Assembly: GCA_964509885.1 (NCBI GenBank)
Contig: CAZDZL010000004.1
Location: 12,167-76,166 of the forward strand
Length of the DNA stretch: 64,000 nucleotides
Direction: 5' to 3'
Source: an uncultured Opitutaceae bacterium
GTDB taxonomy: Bacteria; Verrucomicrobiota; Verrucomicrobiia; Opitutales; Opitutaceae
Shown here: positions 9,365 to 17,102 of the stretch, in pieces
Layout: the number at the start of each line of letters is the position of its first letter
Numbering within the stretch: position 1 is the stretch's first letter
Program-made: the position numbers and the translations under genes
Notes under the pieces: model-generated
The model's input: only the letters and a program-made list of their open reading frames with translations
Database searches by the model: none
Told to the model about the DNA's origin: nothing

Positions 9365-10074
9365 TGAAGAAGAAGGCAAAGGTGCCCTCCGCGCCTTCCC
9401 GGCCCGCCCCGGTCCGCCGGCGCATAGCGATCGTGGACGACCATCCCTTCATGAGGGCGGGGCTCGCACAGCTCATAGGCCGCCAGCCCGACATGGAGGT
9501 GGCCGGGGAGGCCGGTGACCCCGCGGAGGCCATCAAGGCCTTCGCAAGATGGGCGCCTGACCTCGTGCTCGCCGACATGACCATGCCGGGAAGAAGCGGC
9601 CTCGAGTTCATCAGGGACATCCTCGCCGTGTATCCCGGCATGGCCGTGCTCGTGTTCTCGATGCATGACGAGGCGATCTACGCCGAGCGCGTCCTGCGCG
9701 CGGGGGGTCGCGGCTACATCATGAAGGAGTCGGGCGGCGAGAACCTCCTCGCTGCCATCCGCCAGGTGCTGCGCGGGGAGGTCTACGTGAGCGAGCGGAT
9801 GTCACTGCGGATCCTGGAGACATTCTCGGGGCGGCTCCCGAGGGGCTCGAGCTCCCCGATCGGCAAGCTCACGGACCGCGAGTTCGAGGTCTTCCAGCTG
9901 ATCGGCGCCGGCAGGAGCACAAAGGAAATCGGCGTCCTCCTGGGCCTGAGCAGCAAGACCGTCGACGTCCACAGGGGCCACATAAGGGAGAAGCTCGGGC
10001 TCAAGGACACGACCGCGCTGGTGCGGCACGCGGTGCGCTGGGTCGAGGCCGAGGGCGGGCCGGGCAAATCCTAG
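9361..10074 (+). CDS. NarL/FixJ (LuxR-type HTH) response regulator
   Basis: The ATG overlaps the kinase stop (ATGA). Receiver motifs IAIVDDHP .. LVLADMTMPG. C-terminal LuxR HTH (LTDREFEVFQLIGAGRSTKEIGVLLGLSSKTVDVHR). Confidence 0.95.
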   Translation: MMKKKAKVPSAPSRPAPVRRRIAIVDDHPFMRAGLAQLIGRQPDMEVAGEAGDPAEAIKAFARWAPDLVLADMTMPGRSGLEFIRDILAVYPGMAVLVFSMHDEAIYAERVLRAGGRGYIMKESGGENLLAAIRQVLRGEVYVSERMSLRILETFSGRLPRGSSSPIGKLTDREFEVFQLIGAGRSTKEIGVLLGLSSKTVDVHRGHIREKLGLKDTTALVRHAVRWVEAEGGPGKS

Positions 10075-10667
10075 GATTGGGGCGATCCGGTCTGGTCAGC
10101 GGCGCCCTCGTCCCAGGTCATGACATCCGGCTCCTGCCTTGGGGGCGCCTCCGGCTGCCCATGTGGCCAGCCGATCGCTATGGGCATGACAGCGACACAT
10201 GACTCCGGGACGTCCAGCTCGCGCTTCATTTCGGGAAGATCGAGCCATGCCCGCACGAAGCCCACGGGGCAGGCTCCCAGGCCCAGCCCATGGGCGGCAA
10301 GCAGCAGGTTCTGGGCGGCCATGCAGCAGTCTCTGGCGGGGTCGTATTGGGCCGGCTTGGCATAGATGACGACCAGTACCGGGGCATGGTGGAAGGCGTG
10401 GTAGCCCGGATCCGCGAGCGCCTCTGCCCTCCTGTGCATCGAGAGCGCCCCGGGAAGGGCCGCGAACATGTACTGCTTGGCCCGATCTGAGTATTCATCC
10501 AGGCGCCGCGCGTTGCGGATGACCACAAAGGCCCAAGGCTGCTGGTTCACGGCGCTCGGAGCCCAGGTGGCGGCCCGGACCAGCTCCGCGATGGACTCCT
10601 TGGCAACTGGGCGGCGGGTGAAGCTGCGCACCGATCTCCTGGTGAGTATTGCATCCATGAGTTCCAT
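10071..10667 (-). CDS. nitroreductase family protein
   Basis: N-terminal ILTRRSVRSF..P and APSAVNQQPW motifs. About 198 aa. Paralog of 20710-21273. Confidence 0.9.
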   Translation of the reverse strand: MELMDAILTRRSVRSFTRRPVAKESIAELVRAATWAPSAVNQQPWAFVVIRNARRLDEYSDRAKQYMFAALPGALSMHRRAEALADPGYHAFHHAPVLVVIYAKPAQYDPARDCCMAAQNLLLAAHGLGLGACPVGFVRAWLDLPEMKRELDVPESCVAVMPIAIGWPHGQPEAPPRQEPDVMTWDEGAADQTGSPQS

Positions 10668-10689
10668 AAGTGCCTCCTGTTAATTCTTG

Positions 10690-11265
10690 TTATTCCTCGG
10701 GTCCGCAGCGACCGATTTTTGGGCGTTCTGCGCGAAAGGGGAGCTGCGGGTTCACGTCGACGCGGTCCAGCCAGGAATCCGCCATCTCGCGCGTCATCGG
10801 GAAGAACTCCAGTGTGCCCCCCTCCCCGTTGGCCGATGCCGCCGCCGAGGTCCCGTACCGACAGAGGGAGCAGAAGGTCGCCACTTCCCGGCTGGCGATG
10901 GAGCGGATGATGGCCTGGACCTCGGCGACCGCGGTCTGGCTCGCCTCGTCCGTGAGTCCCACGGCCTCCCCGAGCAAGCAAAGCACCGCCTCCTCGCAGG
11001 AGGGGAAATAGGCCAGGAGAGGATTGCGCCCGCACGCGCATGTCCCCCAGATCGCCTCCTGGGTCGGGACCGGCGCAAACGGATGCGTGCCGGGCAGAGC
11101 GCGCACCCTCCTGAAGACCTCATCGAGGGTGGACCCAAAGAGACGCTCGAGTATCTCGGGATCGGCAAGCGGGGAGTTCACCAGCCTTGAACGAAGGAGA
11201 GCGGCCCAGCGCGCCGAGATTTGGGCCTTGGAGCGCTGGAGGTACTGAAGGGGTGCGGGTTCCAC
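10690..11265 (-). CDS. hypothetical Cys-rich protein (RsbRD_N-like N-terminus)
   Basis: 191 aa, 22 nt upstream of the nitroreductase. The N-terminal pattern (QISARWAALLRS...) resembles RsbRD N-terminal domains from memory. Cys motifs are CxC, C-x5-C and CxxC. Confidence 0.6.
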   Translation of the reverse strand: MEPAPLQYLQRSKAQISARWAALLRSRLVNSPLADPEILERLFGSTLDEVFRRVRALPGTHPFAPVPTQEAIWGTCACGRNPLLAYFPSCEEAVLCLLGEAVGLTDEASQTAVAEVQAIIRSIASREVATFCSLCRYGTSAAASANGEGGTLEFFPMTREMADSWLDRVDVNPQLPFRAERPKIGRCGPEE

Positions 11266-11481
11266 GGTGCCAACTATGCCACCTGGTCAGTGCTCTTGCT
11301 GCGCGGTGCTTGGCCAAGCATCCGCATCTCTTGCGATGCGACCCGTCCCGCAGGCCAATTAACGCGCATTGGGGGCCAAGGACTGCGGAGCCATCCGCAC
11401 CATGATCCTGTAAGCTGAGCCCATGTCTCCCGAATATCCCTTAGCGGGCTCCTCACCGGGGCTCGCCTGACCCCGTCCCCC

Positions 11482-11712
11482 ATGTCCGCCTTCCCCATCA
11501 CGCTCACCATCAGCCTCTGCCTCGCGTTCACTTTTGTCCTCTTCTTCCTCTGCGAGCGCCTGAACGGCCGCAGGGGAAGCGCGGAGCACGACTCGCTCCT
11601 CCCGCTGGCCGACGAGTCCCCCCGCCTGGCGCGGGCCAGGAGCGAAGCGGATGAGGGCTGCACGTCCGGATGCCGTTGCGACGATTGCCCGAACCGCGCC
11701 TGCCGGCCGTGA
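11482..11712 (+). CDS. ccoS: CcoS/FixS-like cbb3 maturation protein with a Cys-rich C-terminal tail
   Basis: Single N-terminal TM helix (ITLTISLCLAFTFVLFFL) followed by G..(acidic)..LLPLADE, like the CcoS G-Q-Y-D-D..L..DD pattern. Located directly before ccoN. Tail is CTSGCRCDDCPNRAC. GC-rich third positions. Confidence 0.55.
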   Translation: MSAFPITLTISLCLAFTFVLFFLCERLNGRRGSAEHDSLLPLADESPRLARARSEADEGCTSGCRCDDCPNRACRP

Positions 11713-11720
11713 CCACGGCT

Positions 11721-14051
11721 ATGCCCGAAATGCCCTCCAGGACCGTCACGGTCGAGTTTAACGACAGGGTTGTCAGGCAGTTCCTCGTCGCCTCCCTTGT
11801 CTGGGGCGCCGTGGCCATGACGGTCGGCGTCCTGATCGCCGCGCAGCTCAACTACTGGCAGCTCAACTTCGCCACGCCCTGGCTGACGTGGGGGCGCCTG
11901 CGCCCCCTTCACACAAACGCGGGCATCTTCGCCCTCGTCGGGAACATGATGTTCGCGGGCATCTACTATTCGACGCAGCGCCTGGTAAGGGCCCGTCTGG
12001 CGAGCGACTTCCTTTCGGCGGTGCACTTCTGGGGCTGGCAGATGATCATCGTCGCCGCCGCCATCACGCTCCCCCTCGGTTTCTCCCGGGGGAAGGAATA
12101 CGCGGAGCTTATTTGGCCGATCAACATCGCCGTGACCCTCATCTGGGTCGTCTTCGGCGTGAACTTCTTCTGGACGCTCGCGAGGCGCCGGGAGCGCAGC
12201 CTCTACGTCGCCATCTGGTTCTACATCGCGACCATCGTGACGGTGGCGATGCTCTACATCGTCAACCACCTCTCGATCCCGACGAGCTTCACCCACAGCT
12301 ACCCGCTCTTCGGCGGCGTGCAGGACGCGCTGGTGCAGTGGTGGTACGGGCACAACGCCGTGGCGTTCTTCCTCACCACGCCGATCCTCGGCATCATGTA
12401 CTACTTCCTGCCGAAGGCGGCGGAGCGGCCCGTGTACTCCTACAGGCTCTCGGTGATCCATTTCTGGTCCCTGGTCTTCGTCTACATCTGGGCCGGTCCC
12501 CACCACCTTCTGAACACCGCCATCCCCGGCTGGCTGCAGTCCCTCGGCACAACGTTCTCGCTCATGCTCTGGGCCCCGTCCTGGGGCGGCATGCTGAACG
12601 GCCTCCTCACCCTTCGGGGCGCATGGGACCGCGTGAGGACGGACCCCGTGCTCAAGTTCTTCGCGGCGGCCGTGACCTTCTACGGCATGGCGACGCTCGA
12701 GGGGCCCCTCCTCTCGATCCGGAGCGTCAACGCGCTGGCGCACTACACCGACTGGATCATCGGGCACGTGCACATCGGCACCCTCGGCTGGAACGGGTTC
12801 ATGGCGGCGGGGATGATCTACTGGCTCCTGCCCCGCCTCTGGAACAAACCGCTTTATTCGACACAGCTCGCCAACCTCCATTTCTGGGTGGGGACCGTCG
12901 GCATCCTTCTCTACGTCGCGGCGATGTGGACGAGCGGCATCACCCAGGGCGTCATGCTGAGCGCGACGACCGAGCACGGCACGGTCCTGGCCTACCCCAA
13001 CTTCCTCGACACGCTGAACACCATCCGGCCGATGATGCTCATGCGCATGATCGGAGGCGCGCTCTACCTCACGGGGTGGCTGCTCATGGCCTACAACTTC
13101 TGGCGGACGGTGCGCGGGGCCAAGGCGGTCAACGGGACCATAGAGGTCTTTGCGGACGAGCCCGCCGCAAAGGAGGAGACGGTCACCCTCGTGGGGACAT
13201 TCCTGAACCCCCCGGTCGTGTTCTCGCTCCTCGGGGTCTGCTTCGCCAGCGTCTGGATGTTCGGGGGCAACCTGCTGAGCATCGCGGGGCTCATGGCCAT
13301 GGGCGTCGTCGTCTGCCTGGCCTACGTCCACTTCGAGATCCGGGGCTACAAGTGGTCCGCATGGTACGACCGCCTTCTCGCCAACCCCGTCCCCTTCACG
13401 ATTCTTGTGATTCTCGCGGTCTTCGCGGGAGGCATGATACAGATCATCCCGACGGTGGTCGCCCACCAGGCGGCAAACGTCGAGGACCGCCGGCAGATCC
13501 CCTACACGCCCCTCGAACTCGAGGGCCGGGACCTGTACGTGCGCGAGGGGTGCTACCTGTGCCATTCCCAAATGATACGCACGCTGGTGCCCGACGTCCT
13601 GCGGTACGGGGACTACTCGCGCCTTGGGGAGTCGATCTACGACCACCCCTTCCAGTGGGGCTCGAAGCGCAACGGCCCCGACCTCGCGCGCGTCGGCGCA
13701 AAGTACCCGAACGTCTGGCACCTGCGGCACCTGGAGGATCCCCGGTCGGTCTCCGTGGGCTCAAACATGCCGACCTACCCCTGGCTCCTCGCCAATCCCC
13801 TGGATACCTCCACCCTCATGAGGAAGCTGGCCGTCATGCGCACGCTGGGCGTGCCCTATCCGAACTGGACGCCGGAGCAGGTGGACGCGCGGGTAAACGA
13901 GCAGGCCAAGGCCATCGCCCTCGACCTGCGCGGCGCCGGCGCCTACGTCGCCCCCGACCGCGAAGTCATCGCCCTCATCGCCTACCTCCAGGGCCTCGGG
14001 AAGTATGAGAAGATCCCCGCGAAGGCGCCCTCCGATGTGGACCCCCCCTGA
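11721..14051 (+). CDS. ccoNO: cbb3-type cytochrome c oxidase, fused subunits I and II (CcoN-CcoO)
   Basis: Heme-copper oxidase subunit I pattern with multiple TM helices and conserved His (HFWSLVFVYIWAGPHH, GHVHIGTLGW). The C-terminal part carries the CcoO heme-c site EGCYLCHSQMIR. One uninterrupted frame. An alternative ATG is at 11670. Confidence 0.95.
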   Translation: MPEMPSRTVTVEFNDRVVRQFLVASLVWGAVAMTVGVLIAAQLNYWQLNFATPWLTWGRLRPLHTNAGIFALVGNMMFAGIYYSTQRLVRARLASDFLSAVHFWGWQMIIVAAAITLPLGFSRGKEYAELIWPINIAVTLIWVVFGVNFFWTLARRRERSLYVAIWFYIATIVTVAMLYIVNHLSIPTSFTHSYPLFGGVQDALVQWWYGHNAVAFFLTTPILGIMYYFLPKAAERPVYSYRLSVIHFWSLVFVYIWAGPHHLLNTAIPGWLQSLGTTFSLMLWAPSWGGMLNGLLTLRGAWDRVRTDPVLKFFAAAVTFYGMATLEGPLLSIRSVNALAHYTDWIIGHVHIGTLGWNGFMAAGMIYWLLPRLWNKPLYSTQLANLHFWVGTVGILLYVAAMWTSGITQGVMLSATTEHGTVLAYPNFLDTLNTIRPMMLMRMIGGALYLTGWLLMAYNFWRTVRGAKAVNGTIEVFADEPAAKEETVTLVGTFLNPPVVFSLLGVCFASVWMFGGNLLSIAGLMAMGVVVCLAYVHFEIRGYKWSAWYDRLLANPVPFTILVILAVFAGGMIQIIPTVVAHQAANVEDRRQIPYTPLELEGRDLYVREGCYLCHSQMIRTLVPDVLRYGDYSRLGESIYDHPFQWGSKRNGPDLARVGAKYPNVWHLRHLEDPRSVSVGSNMPTYPWLLANPLDTSTLMRKLAVMRTLGVPYPNWTPEQVDARVNEQAKAIALDLRGAGAYVAPDREVIALIAYLQGLGKYEKIPAKAPSDVDPP

Positions 14052-14073
14052 CGGATCACACAAGCCCGCCCCC

Positions 14074-14274
14074 ATGTTCCAACGACTCATCTACGAGGAT
14101 TCCGCCGCGCTCTTCACGCTCGCGGCGTTCATCACAGCGGCCTCGATATACTGCGCCATCAGCTGGCGCGCGCTACAAATGAAGCGACCCCAGCTCGAGC
14201 ACTTCGAGAACCTGCCGTTCGCCACAGAGACGCCCCCCGCCCGCCATGCCGATACCGCCAAATCCGACGCCTGA
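14074..14274 (+). CDS. ccoQ: CcoQ/FixQ-like small membrane subunit
   Basis: ATG at 14074. One TM helix (LFTLAAFITAASIYCAISW). Position between ccoO and ccoP. Confidence 0.5.
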   Translation: MFQRLIYEDSAALFTLAAFITAASIYCAISWRALQMKRPQLEHFENLPFATETPPARHADTAKSDA

Positions 14275-14833
14275 GGACCCCCTGCGCGAGCATGCGTACG
14301 ACGGGATCCGGGAATTCGACCGGCGACTGCCCAACTGGTGGCTCCTCACCCTCTATGCGAGCATAGTCTACTGGCTGGGCTTCTGGTCCTATTATGAGTG
14401 GATCCATGCCGGCCCGGACGGCCCCCACCGCGTCGACGCCGAGATGGCCCGCATCGAGGCCGACAGGCTCGCCTCGTCCCCCGCCCTGGACGACGCCGGT
14501 CTCTGGAAATCGAGCCGCAATGCCGTCATGGTGGACGCGGGCCGGGCGACCTTCAACTCCACCTGCGCGGCCTGCCACCTTGCGAGCCTCCGGGGCAAGG
14601 ACGAGAACCCGGCCGCGATCGGGCCCAACCTGACCGACACGACGTGGATCCATGGCGGCCGGCCGACCGAGGTCTACGACACGGTCACAAAGGGTGTCCT
14701 TGCCAAGGGAATGCCGGCGTGGGGGCCGGTCCTCGGCCAGAGGAGGATCTCCGAGGTGGTCGCCTACGTGATGAGCCACCACACGGAGGGTGAGCCCATC
14801 GTGGCGGCGCCCGCGGACCCGGCGCCCCGATGA
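14246..14833 (+). CDS. ccoP: cbb3 oxidase subunit III (CcoP), monoheme form
   Basis: N-terminal FixP signature DGIREFDRRLPNWWL plus a TM helix. Only one CxxCH (CAACH) in 195 aa. Confidence 0.85.
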   Translation: MPIPPNPTPEDPLREHAYDGIREFDRRLPNWWLLTLYASIVYWLGFWSYYEWIHAGPDGPHRVDAEMARIEADRLASSPALDDAGLWKSSRNAVMVDAGRATFNSTCAACHLASLRGKDENPAAIGPNLTDTTWIHGGRPTEVYDTVTKGVLAKGMPAWGPVLGQRRISEVVAYVMSHHTEGEPIVAAPADPAPR

Positions 14834-14836
14834 AGC

Positions 14837-16270
14837 ATGGCCTCAAACCTTCCAAACCTGGACGCCGTCACGACGATCCGCAGCGACGGCTCGCGGCCCT
14901 TCGTCCATCCGGCTGACGTTCACGGCCGGTTCGCCCGGGCCAGGCGGATGTCCGCGTACCTCCTGATTGTGACCTACCTGGCTCTGCCCTGGGTCAGGGT
15001 GCGGGGATACCCCGCCGTGTTCTTCGACGTCGCCAACCGGCGCTTCCACCTGTTCGGCGCCACCCTCGCCGCCCAGGACATGTGGCTGCTCTTCTTCGCC
15101 ATCACGGGCCTCGGCTTCTCGCTTTTCCTCGTCACGGCCCTCCTCGGGCGCGTCTGGTGCGGCTGGGCCTGCCCGCACACCGTGTTCCTGGACCACGTCT
15201 ACCGCCGCATCGAGCGCTGGATCGACGGGGACGCGGTGCGCCGGCGCGCGCTCGACGCGGCCCCCTGGTCCCCCGGGAAGCTGGCCCGGCGCGCCGCCAA
15301 GGGCGCCCTGTTCCTCCTGGTCTCGGCGGCGATCGCCCACCTCTTCCTGGCGTACTTCGTGTCGATCCCCGACCTCTGGGGGATGATGGGCGCGGCGCCC
15401 GCCGAGCACTGGGGCCTCTTCGTGTTCATGGCCGTGTTCACGGGCGCGCTCTATTTCAACTTCGCCTGGTTCCGCGAGCAGCTCTGCATCGTCATCTGCC
15501 CCTACGGGAGGCTCCAGTCGGCGCTCATCGACGACAATTCGCTCGTGATCGGCTACGACAAGGCCCGCGGGGAACCCCGCGGAAAGGCGGGCACGGCCGG
15601 CGCGGGCGACTGCGTGGCCTGCAACCGCTGCGTGCATGTCTGCCCGACGGGCATCGACATACGCCAGGGCCTCCAGATGGAGTGCGTCGGCTGCACCGCC
15701 TGCATCGATGCATGCGACGAGGTGATGTCCCGGCTCGCCCGCCCGAGGGGCCTCATCCGCTATGACTCCCAGAACGCATTCGCGGCGCGCGCCACCCGCT
15801 GGATCCGGCCGCGCACGGTGCTCTACGCGGCGCTTCTGCTCGCCGGGGCGGGAGTGTCCACCTGGGCGCTCTCGACGGTGCACCCCGTCAGCTTCGGCGT
15901 GACCCGCATCACCGGGGCGCCGTACATTGTCGACGCCGCCTCGGTCCGCAACCAGTTCCTCATCAGGCTCGTGAACAAGCGGCCGGGGCCGTCCTCGTTC
16001 ATCCTCACCCTCTCCGGACTGCCCGGGAACATCCGCCTGAGCGGCTTCGAGCAGGCCGTCGTCGTGCCCCCGATGGGCGAGGAGGTCCGCCCTCTCATCC
16101 TGCAGCAGCCGCGGGAAAGCTACGCCGCGCCTTTCGTGTTCGAGGTGCACCTCAGGGATGTCGCCGGGAACTACGAGCTGAAGCGCGCGGCTGAATTCCT
16201 CGGGCCCGATGCGAGGCTCCTGCGCGAGGAGGAGCAGGAAAGACATGAGCAACCCAAAACCCGCCCCTAG
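14837..16270 (+). CDS. ccoG: cytochrome c oxidase accessory protein CcoG/FixG (4Fe-4S ferredoxin type)
   Basis: CGWACPHTVF motif, CVACNRCVHVCPTGIDIR and CVGCTACIDAC ferredoxin clusters, and TM helices. Confidence 0.9.
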   Translation: MASNLPNLDAVTTIRSDGSRPFVHPADVHGRFARARRMSAYLLIVTYLALPWVRVRGYPAVFFDVANRRFHLFGATLAAQDMWLLFFAITGLGFSLFLVTALLGRVWCGWACPHTVFLDHVYRRIERWIDGDAVRRRALDAAPWSPGKLARRAAKGALFLLVSAAIAHLFLAYFVSIPDLWGMMGAAPAEHWGLFVFMAVFTGALYFNFAWFREQLCIVICPYGRLQSALIDDNSLVIGYDKARGEPRGKAGTAGAGDCVACNRCVHVCPTGIDIRQGLQMECVGCTACIDACDEVMSRLARPRGLIRYDSQNAFAARATRWIRPRTVLYAALLLAGAGVSTWALSTVHPVSFGVTRITGAPYIVDAASVRNQFLIRLVNKRPGPSSFILTLSGLPGNIRLSGFEQAVVVPPMGEEVRPLILQQPRESYAAPFVFEVHLRDVAGNYELKRAAEFLGPDARLLREEEQERHEQPKTRP

Positions 16271-16400
16271 CGGGGGCCGCATGCGGCCCTGGTTCTGGGT
16301 CCTCGCCGTGTTCGCGCTCCAGATCGCGGCATGGACGGCATGGATGATGCTCGCCGCGCGCCATCCCGTCGCCGAGGTGCCGCTCACCACGTCCCGCTGA
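16245..16400 (+). CDS. small single-TM protein in the position usually held by CcoH/FixH
   Basis: ATG at 16245 preceded by GGAGCAGGAA. TM helix WFWVLAVFALQIAAWTAWMMLAA. Overlaps the end of ccoG. Confidence 0.4.
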   Translation: MSNPKPAPSGGRMRPWFWVLAVFALQIAAWTAWMMLAARHPVAEVPLTTSR

Positions 16401-16405
16401 CCGGC

Positions 16406-17101
16406 ATGGACCTCGCCGCCGTCAACTCGCCGGAGACAGCCTTTGTCGCGGGGCTCATCACCAGCCTGCACTGCGCCGGCATGTGCGGGCCGCTCGCCTG
16501 CTCGCTCATGCCGATGCGGGGCGACCGCTCGGACGCCCAGGTCGTGAGCACGGTCTACCACTCCACCCGCCTCGGCGCCTACACGGTCCTCGGCGCCGTG
16601 GCGGGCGGGCTGGGAGGCGCCCCCCTGTCCTGGTTCACCCACTCCGCGCTGAGGTGGCTCCCCTGGGTGATGGTGCTCTTCTTCCTCGCCCTCGCGCTGC
16701 GATGGGACCGGTACATCCCCAGGCCGTCCTTCCTCGGAAGGTGGGTGCTCCGCCTTCAGGGGAGCCTGCGCGGCATGCCCCGCACCCGGGCCGCGGCGGC
16801 GCTCGGACTGGCCACGCCGCTCCTGCCCTGCGGGCCGCTCTACTTCCTGGTGGCCCTGGCCCTGCTGTCAGGTTCCGCGCTGCGCGGGGCGGAGTTCATG
16901 CTGGCGTTCGGCCTTGGGACGGTGCCGCTCCTCTGGCTCGTGCAGACGCAGTTCTACCGGGTGAACGCATGGCTGTCGCCGGCATGGGCCGCCCGGGGGC
17001 GCATAGTTCTCTCCCTAACGGCCGCGGCCGTCATCGCATGGCGCCTTCGGGCCACGCTCGGGTTCCCGGGCCCGGACCCGGCCTCGCTGATCTGCTTCTG
17101 A
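16406..17101 (+). CDS. DsbD_2 / TauE-like membrane protein of the cco maturation cluster
   Basis: ATG at 16406. N-terminal FVAGLITSLHCAGMCGPLA motif and about 6 TM helices. Confidence 0.8.
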   Translation: MDLAAVNSPETAFVAGLITSLHCAGMCGPLACSLMPMRGDRSDAQVVSTVYHSTRLGAYTVLGAVAGGLGGAPLSWFTHSALRWLPWVMVLFFLALALRWDRYIPRPSFLGRWVLRLQGSLRGMPRTRAAAALGLATPLLPCGPLYFLVALALLSGSALRGAEFMLAFGLGTVPLLWLVQTQFYRVNAWLSPAWAARGRIVLSLTAAAVIAWRLRATLGFPGPDPASLICF

Positions 17102-17102
17102 G

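Noticed and set aside
11266-11481. Searched the region upstream of the cco cluster for an FNR/FixK box (TTGAT-N4-ATCAA).
   Set aside because: No such site is readable. There are only short inverted repeats (CGCATC-N6-GATGCG at 11323-11340; CCAAT-N8-ATTGG near 11355), which are too weak to call.
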